Assembly: GCA_963725985.1 (NCBI GenBank)
Contig: CAVSAO010000001.1
Span: forward strand, 768,072 to 832,071
Direction of reading: 5' to 3'
DNA: 64,000 bases
Source: an uncultured Alphaproteobacteria bacterium
GTDB lineage: Bacteria; Pseudomonadota; Alphaproteobacteria; Rhizobiales; Xanthobacteraceae
Within the stretch, counting starts at the first letter, position 1. Each line of letters starts with the position of its first letter. The position numbers and the translations under genes are program-made. The notes under the pieces are model-generated. The model had not been told where the DNA came from, searched no databases, and was given only the letters and a program-made list of their open reading frames with translations. Below, piece after piece: positions 59,321 through 64,000 of the stretch.

Positions 59321-59362
59321 GGGCTAAACCCATCGTAGGGCTGTTTGGAACAACGCGCCGAT

Positions 59363-59959
59363 CTAGACTTCTTCGGCAACTCCGAGATCAAACGCTCCAT
59401 ATCCCGCATCGGCAATCTGCCGGTACAGGACGTCGGATACAAAAAACTTTTGGTTATCCAGACGCCTGTCCCTCCACAGATGAAGATTCGAAACCTCCTG
59501 TCGCCGGATCTTTATTGGACTGAGTGAACTCGCACGGTAGAGGCGACTGCCGTTGTTCAAAATTGCGTACCTCCCGTCAACAATGGCGTCGAGAAGCTGA
59601 CAGACATTGAGAAGGTAGCGGCGCGGCTCGCGAACATTGCCGTCGACTCCGTATATATCCACCGGGAAGAATTGATGAGCGCCTGGCTCAAGCGCCTCGA
59701 TCATGTCACGGACCGCAGAACTCAGACATGGTGCTCCGCCAGTCACGAAAGAAACGTCGGGATTGTCGGGGACATTGCGCTCTTCCGGGACACAGTCAGC
59801 GCGCAGCACAGACTGCGGTTGAAACTCTGAAGGAATCGGCCTGCCCTCAGTGCTGTTCCAGATGACCACCTTCTGGCCCGGCGCGAGATGCTTGCGCACC
59901 GTGCAGCAGGGATAGGGCGACGGATGCTCCTCAAGACTCGCCGACATTACATAAGCCAT
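59363..59959 (-). CDS. DUF1629/Imm11-like protein (putative toxin immunity)
   Basis: SSAVRDMIEALEPGAHQFFPVDI, YLLNV..LDAI, HLWRD and FVSD pattern. Confidence 0.65.
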   Translation of the reverse strand: MAYVMSASLEEHPSPYPCCTVRKHLAPGQKVVIWNSTEGRPIPSEFQPQSVLRADCVPEERNVPDNPDVSFVTGGAPCLSSAVRDMIEALEPGAHQFFPVDIYGVDGNVREPRRYLLNVCQLLDAIVDGRYAILNNGSRLYRASSLSPIKIRRQEVSNLHLWRDRRLDNQKFFVSDVLYRQIADAGYGAFDLGVAEEV

Positions 59960-60164
59960 GGCGTTCACCTTCCCTGGCGCGGCATTTAAAACGCCGGATC
60001 AAGCTTTTCGATATCGAACGACAACACAGGCCCGGCGAGTTCTTGCCCCTCGATTGCGGTTACGTGCACCGATGTCCGCTTCGGGCGTCGATAACGGACA
60101 TTCACGAACACGGGTCGGATGTTGGCTTCATACCGGAAGCGGCCTTTTTGCACCGTGGGAGCGG

Positions 60165-61808
60165 CTACGCGTGCACCCGAAGAAACCTGATCAGAAACGT
60201 GATCAGAACGATGATCGTCCCGATTACCCACATCCACAGAGGAATCGCTGCCAGGAAGCGCCTTGCCGATTGGGGCGCCGGTTGAGCGGGGATCGCGATG
60301 CTTGCAGCCGGAATCGGCTGTTGCCGGCCGGCGCGCTTTTGGCCGCGCGCAGTACCGGGATTGCGGGGCCGGAGGGTCTTCGGCTTCGCCGCAGGGACCG
60401 GCGACGCGGCCACTGGACTTGCCGAGGAAGCTGCGCCCGTCAAACCGCGATCGCGGGGCGGCGGTGTCATGGCGATGCTTGCCAGTCGGAAGCCGGCCTG
60501 CGCTTCATCGAGCCACTGGATCTGCCCTTCCTCCTGCACCGTGATGCTCAAATGCTTGTAGCGTTTGGTTTCATGCACATCCATCAGGCCGCTAACGCTG
60601 ACCCAACGCCCGACCCATGCGGCCGACGGCTGCTCCTTCAACCTCGCAAGCCCATCGGACCAGATCGATATCTTGACGATATTGCCGCTCCACGAGCCGA
60701 AATTGATAAAGACATAGCGCTTGTTCGGACCTTTGCCCTGTTTCCGGGATCCCGGCTTGATTTCGACGATTTGCCCGATCAGCTCGACCCGGTCGCCGAC
60801 CCGTTGCAGCGCGCCTGAAAAATTGAGCGCATCGACCACCGGGTAAGCGGGGATGTAGGCCGCCGGCGCCGGCTTTGTCGCCGGCGTGAGCGTGGCGTTG
60901 ATAAGTGTCTTTGCCGCCGGAATGTTCCGGCCGGAGAGAAATTCGTCCAGGGTCGGCACCGTCGCAAGGGGCGCTTCGCAGATGGCGGCAAAGCTGCGCG
61001 CCTGCCCCTTCAGCTTCGGCATCGCCAGCAGACGCCGGAAGATTTCGCTGTTCTGCGGGTCGGCGAAGTCGTTGGCCTTGAAGATGATGGTCTCCCCGCC
61101 CTCGCGGAACTTCGCGTACAGCGATTTGTCCTCAACGAGGGCTTTCAAGCTGAGATCGAGCGCAATGAAGCTGAACCGGTCCATGCCAGGACCGAAACTG
61201 GAGACGCGCCGGCCGGGATGCTGGAAGTGCCTGTGCCCGGTCTCGCTGCCGTTGCCGGGAGGCATACCGGGCACGAACATGCCGTCGTAATCGATCAGCT
61301 TGATCTCTCCATTGGCCACCATCACATTGCCGTTCTGAATGTCGCCGTGCGCAATTCCCTCCCGCTCGAGGAAACGGGCAATGACGGCAAAATCGGTACG
61401 CGCCTTCTCGAGCGCGCGCGGATTGTTGAAATTCTTGTCCAGCCAGATACCGAGGGTATCGCCCTCGACCCAATCCATCCGCACGATCGGAAACACCCGC
61501 TGGCGGACGCTGATCCCCGCCTGCTGGAAATCGAAATTGACGAAGCACCCGATCGCAAGCGAGCGCAGCTTCTTCGAGGTCGCGTCGTACTTCTGCTGGA
61601 TCGCCGGAATTTCGCGGTGAAAGCAACGCACGGCGCATTTTCTTTGCGGGGTAGTGACCGCATAGGTCAGGGCAAACCCGCCCGACATCACCAGCGGCAG
61701 GCCGAGATTGTTTTCCGCCACCGCGCCCTGCTTCAGGTCCGGATCGATGAAGGCCTGCGCCGGATGCTGGACGGCTTCCTGGTAATCGGTGATCAGGGGG
61801 TACGCCAT
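60165..61808 (-). CDS. Ser/Thr-kinase-like protein with putative OB-fold domain and C-terminal TM helix (TerY-P-type kinase)
   Basis: SGGFA loop, AVRCF, HGDIQNGN, IDYDG and FQHP; beta-rich region 'VELIGQIVEI...VFINFG...WVSVSG'; C-terminal WMWVIGTIIVLITFLI. Confidence 0.85.
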   Translation of the reverse strand: MAYPLITDYQEAVQHPAQAFIDPDLKQGAVAENNLGLPLVMSGGFALTYAVTTPQRKCAVRCFHREIPAIQQKYDATSKKLRSLAIGCFVNFDFQQAGISVRQRVFPIVRMDWVEGDTLGIWLDKNFNNPRALEKARTDFAVIARFLEREGIAHGDIQNGNVMVANGEIKLIDYDGMFVPGMPPGNGSETGHRHFQHPGRRVSSFGPGMDRFSFIALDLSLKALVEDKSLYAKFREGGETIIFKANDFADPQNSEIFRRLLAMPKLKGQARSFAAICEAPLATVPTLDEFLSGRNIPAAKTLINATLTPATKPAPAAYIPAYPVVDALNFSGALQRVGDRVELIGQIVEIKPGSRKQGKGPNKRYVFINFGSWSGNIVKISIWSDGLARLKEQPSAAWVGRWVSVSGLMDVHETKRYKHLSITVQEEGQIQWLDEAQAGFRLASIAMTPPPRDRGLTGAASSASPVAASPVPAAKPKTLRPRNPGTARGQKRAGRQQPIPAASIAIPAQPAPQSARRFLAAIPLWMWVIGTIIVLITFLIRFLRVHA

Positions 61809-61815
61809 TGTTCGC

Positions 61816-62550
61816 CTACCACAATGCGATCAGCGTGGTGTCGTCACGCTTCATGCGTCCCGCCGCACGCTCCTCGTGGACGAAACGGGCGAACGCCCGC
61901 GGCGTTTGCAGCTTGCGCAGCGCGCTGATCGGAGACGAATTGCGATCGCGCTGCGAAAGCAGCCAATGACCGAGGGCGTCGGTCATACACAGCAGCGCTG
62001 GCTGCTTCAGCCCGCTGAAGGTCCAATCGGCGACAAGGTCGTATGCGAAATCTACCTCGTCCAGGAAGGCATTCTCCGCCGGATTGGTACATAGCAGCTG
62101 CGGCGACCTGGTGAAGGCTGATGCGGTGGAGAAAGGAAAAGTCGCCTTGATGCTGTCCCCGTCGCACAGCACGGCCAGGCTGTCGCCGACCGCGAATATC
62201 TGGATCAGTCTTCCTGCGTCAACAATGCGAGCGCCCAGCAGTGTGGCGAAACTGCCCCTGTCGAAGGACGCCTGCTGCATCCATGGCATGGTTTCGCGAT
62301 CGTACAATTTGCGAAACTCGGCGATCGCCCCCGCCAGCCACTCGCGCGTGAATTCCGGGTTGCGCGTGTAATGGCGCACCAGAATGCGCGCCCATGACGC
62401 GGAGTCGAACGACACCGAGGCGCCGTCGCTCAGCGCATAGACGCCTTTGGCCGATCGGTAGAAGCCGTCCTCGTTGCGGCTGTCTTCGGTTTTCGGGATG
62501 CTGAGCGCCAGCGGCAAACGCGATTTCTGCCGCACCTCCGGAGTGCTCAC
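61816..62550 (-). CDS. PP2C-like protein phosphatase
   Basis: NED, LSDGA, VGDS, MTDAL and DDTT motifs. Confidence 0.85.
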   Translation of the reverse strand: MSTPEVRQKSRLPLALSIPKTEDSRNEDGFYRSAKGVYALSDGASVSFDSASWARILVRHYTRNPEFTREWLAGAIAEFRKLYDRETMPWMQQASFDRGSFATLLGARIVDAGRLIQIFAVGDSLAVLCDGDSIKATFPFSTASAFTRSPQLLCTNPAENAFLDEVDFAYDLVADWTFSGLKQPALLCMTDALGHWLLSQRDRNSSPISALRKLQTPRAFARFVHEERAAGRMKRDDTTLIALW

Positions 62551-63386
62551 CGATCAGCGACCAGCTTGGGCCGGGTGCCGATCTCAAAGAAATCCACGAT
62601 GCACTGGGGATCGCCGTTGAAGATGAAGCCACGCGATCCGTCCGATATCGCATAGCCCTTGTCGTCGGCGAACTCGGCAAGATGCGGCGGCAACGGACTG
62701 GACATCCGCAGCAGCATTCGCGAGTACTCGTCGTTGAGATCGGTCTCGGAGATCGGAAACAGGATTTCCGGCCCGCCCTGGGTGGTGACGTGCAGGTTGA
62801 ACAGCAGCGCCTCGCCGTCCTTTGTCGCGATCCGCCGCAGCCCGTCGGCCATTTCCTCGGGCGTGCCGTCGGTCGATTGACCGTCGGTGACGTGAAGAAC
62901 GGTCGGCGGGTAGGAATCGGGGTGCGCTTCGCACCACTGCGCTACCGTCTCCCGGGTCTTGTCGAGCGCCGCCCGCATCGGCGTGCCGCCCACGCTTTTC
63001 GGATCGAACCAGATCGGAAACTTGGTCTTCAGTTCGAGGATGCCGCCGGCGCCGTCGTCCACCTTCTTTTGCCGTTCCTCGACGCGAAGCGGGTGTTCGC
63101 TGATGGCGTTGATCGGATGCACGATGCCGCCCGCCAGCGCGCCGCCGAACCCGCTCGCGACCTCCTTTCCGCCATAGGCAATCACGCCCACGTCGAAATA
63201 GCTGCGCACGCCGTCGGCCTTCGAACACGTGGTGACCAGCGTGTAGAGCGTCTTGTTCAGGACGTCGGCCACGAAGTCCGCCTTGGAGCGGCCGGTCTCG
63301 GTTATCTCGTCCATGGATCCGGATTGATCGATGACGAACAGAAAGCAGGTCGGATTGTCCCTGCTGATTTCGGCTTGGTAAGGCAC
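62547..63386 (-). CDS. vWA-domain protein (TerY-like)
   Basis: MIDAS DQSGS, GGTPM and VTDG; stop overlaps the phosphatase start. Confidence 0.9.
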   Translation of the reverse strand: MPYQAEISRDNPTCFLFVIDQSGSMDEITETGRSKADFVADVLNKTLYTLVTTCSKADGVRSYFDVGVIAYGGKEVASGFGGALAGGIVHPINAISEHPLRVEERQKKVDDGAGGILELKTKFPIWFDPKSVGGTPMRAALDKTRETVAQWCEAHPDSYPPTVLHVTDGQSTDGTPEEMADGLRRIATKDGEALLFNLHVTTQGGPEILFPISETDLNDEYSRMLLRMSSPLPPHLAEFADDKGYAISDGSRGFIFNGDPQCIVDFFEIGTRPKLVADR

Positions 63387-63410
63387 GCTATCCCCCTCGA
63401 TTTGGGTCGG

Positions 63411-64000
63411 TCAGCGGTCAGCGGCGATCGCCGGCCGGGTCCCGATGTCAAAAAAGTCTGCGATGGCTTCGATTCCGGCGTTGAACACGAATCCGCGGGC
63501 ACCGGGGCGAACGTCATAACCCTTGGCGGCCGCGGCCTCCAAAGCGTGCGGCGGGAGCAGACTCGACATGCGAAACAGCGACTTGCCGAAGCGATCCTGG
63601 ATCACACGCTCGTCATTCGGGAAGATCAGCGGTTCGCCGTCGCCCGCATCGACATGGAGATTGAACAACAGGCAGGCGCCGTCGTCGGTCGCAAGACTTT
63701 TGAGTCGATCGGCAATGGGCTCCGGGTTGCCGTCCGAGGGATGGCCGTCGGTCACGTGCAAGACCGTGGGCGGATAGGCGGACGGGTGCGCATCGCGCCA
63801 TTGCTCCAGGATTCCGATCGCCGCATTGAGTTCCGGCGCACATCGCCGTCTTGCCGTGGCTGCGCGGCTCGAACCAGATGGGAAAGCGCACCGACTGCTC
63901 CACCACATCGCCGTTGGGTCCGGCGACCTTCTTGGCACGAGTCTCGACCCGCAGCGGGGCTTCGGCGAGCCGCGAGACGGCATGCAGCGCCTCGCGGTCC
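63411..64000 (-). CDS. Second vWA-domain paralog (5' end outside the window; apparent frameshift near 63838)
   Basis: FPIWFEP...TAMC, HPSAYPPTVLHVTDG, LLFNLHV and FFDIGTRP, collinear with the adjacent vWA gene. Confidence 0.85.
   Translation of the reverse strand, partial: TARRCMPSRGSPKPRCGSRLVPRRSPDPTAMWWSSRCAFPSGSSRAATARRRCAPELNAAIGILEQWRDAHPSAYPPTVLHVTDGHPSDGNPEPIADRLKSLATDDGACLLFNLHVDAGDGEPLIFPNDERVIQDRFGKSLFRMSSLLPPHALEAAAAKGYDVRPGARGFVFNAGIEAIADFFDIGTRPAIAADR

Noticed and set aside
1-64000. CRISPR array, rRNA, integrase or full transposase
   Set aside because: No regularly spaced repeat-spacer structure, no rRNA-like sequence and no recombinase or transposase motifs were seen.

Overview
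High-GC alphaproteobacterial chromosome segment. Gene content, codon style and intergenic repeat families point to Bradyrhizobium or a close relative (inference). The core backbone includes a FadB-like gene, a TRAP transporter, leucine catabolism (mccB/mccA/hmgL), tRNA-Pro, tRNA-Glu, DAHP synthase, epmB-epmA-efp and recJ. Three accessory blocks interrupt it. (1) A surface-glycan modification island at ~1.7-12 kb whose left edge carries a 153-bp IS21-type miniature element. (2) A ~12.7-kb block next to tRNA-Pro holding a thiazole RiPP system: a signal-peptide-bearing precursor with a 13-Cys (GCR)5(GCG)3 core, a fused E1-YcaO cyclodehydratase and a SagB/ThcOx oxidase. It is flanked by a carbamoyltransferase, a VOC protein and a membrane-fused SAM-dependent enzyme bracketed by a 186-bp duplication of the sagB 3' end. 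(3) At the right end, a vWA-vWA-PP2C-kinase (TerY-P-type) operon next to an orphan Imm11-like gene. An unannotated 26-aa leader peptide containing YYWYFSF, with terminator and antiterminator, precedes DAHP synthase and looks like a three-amino-acid attenuator. Many genes carry single-base frameshifts that are most likely sequencing or assembly errors. Family names were recognised from motifs by eye; no database search was run.
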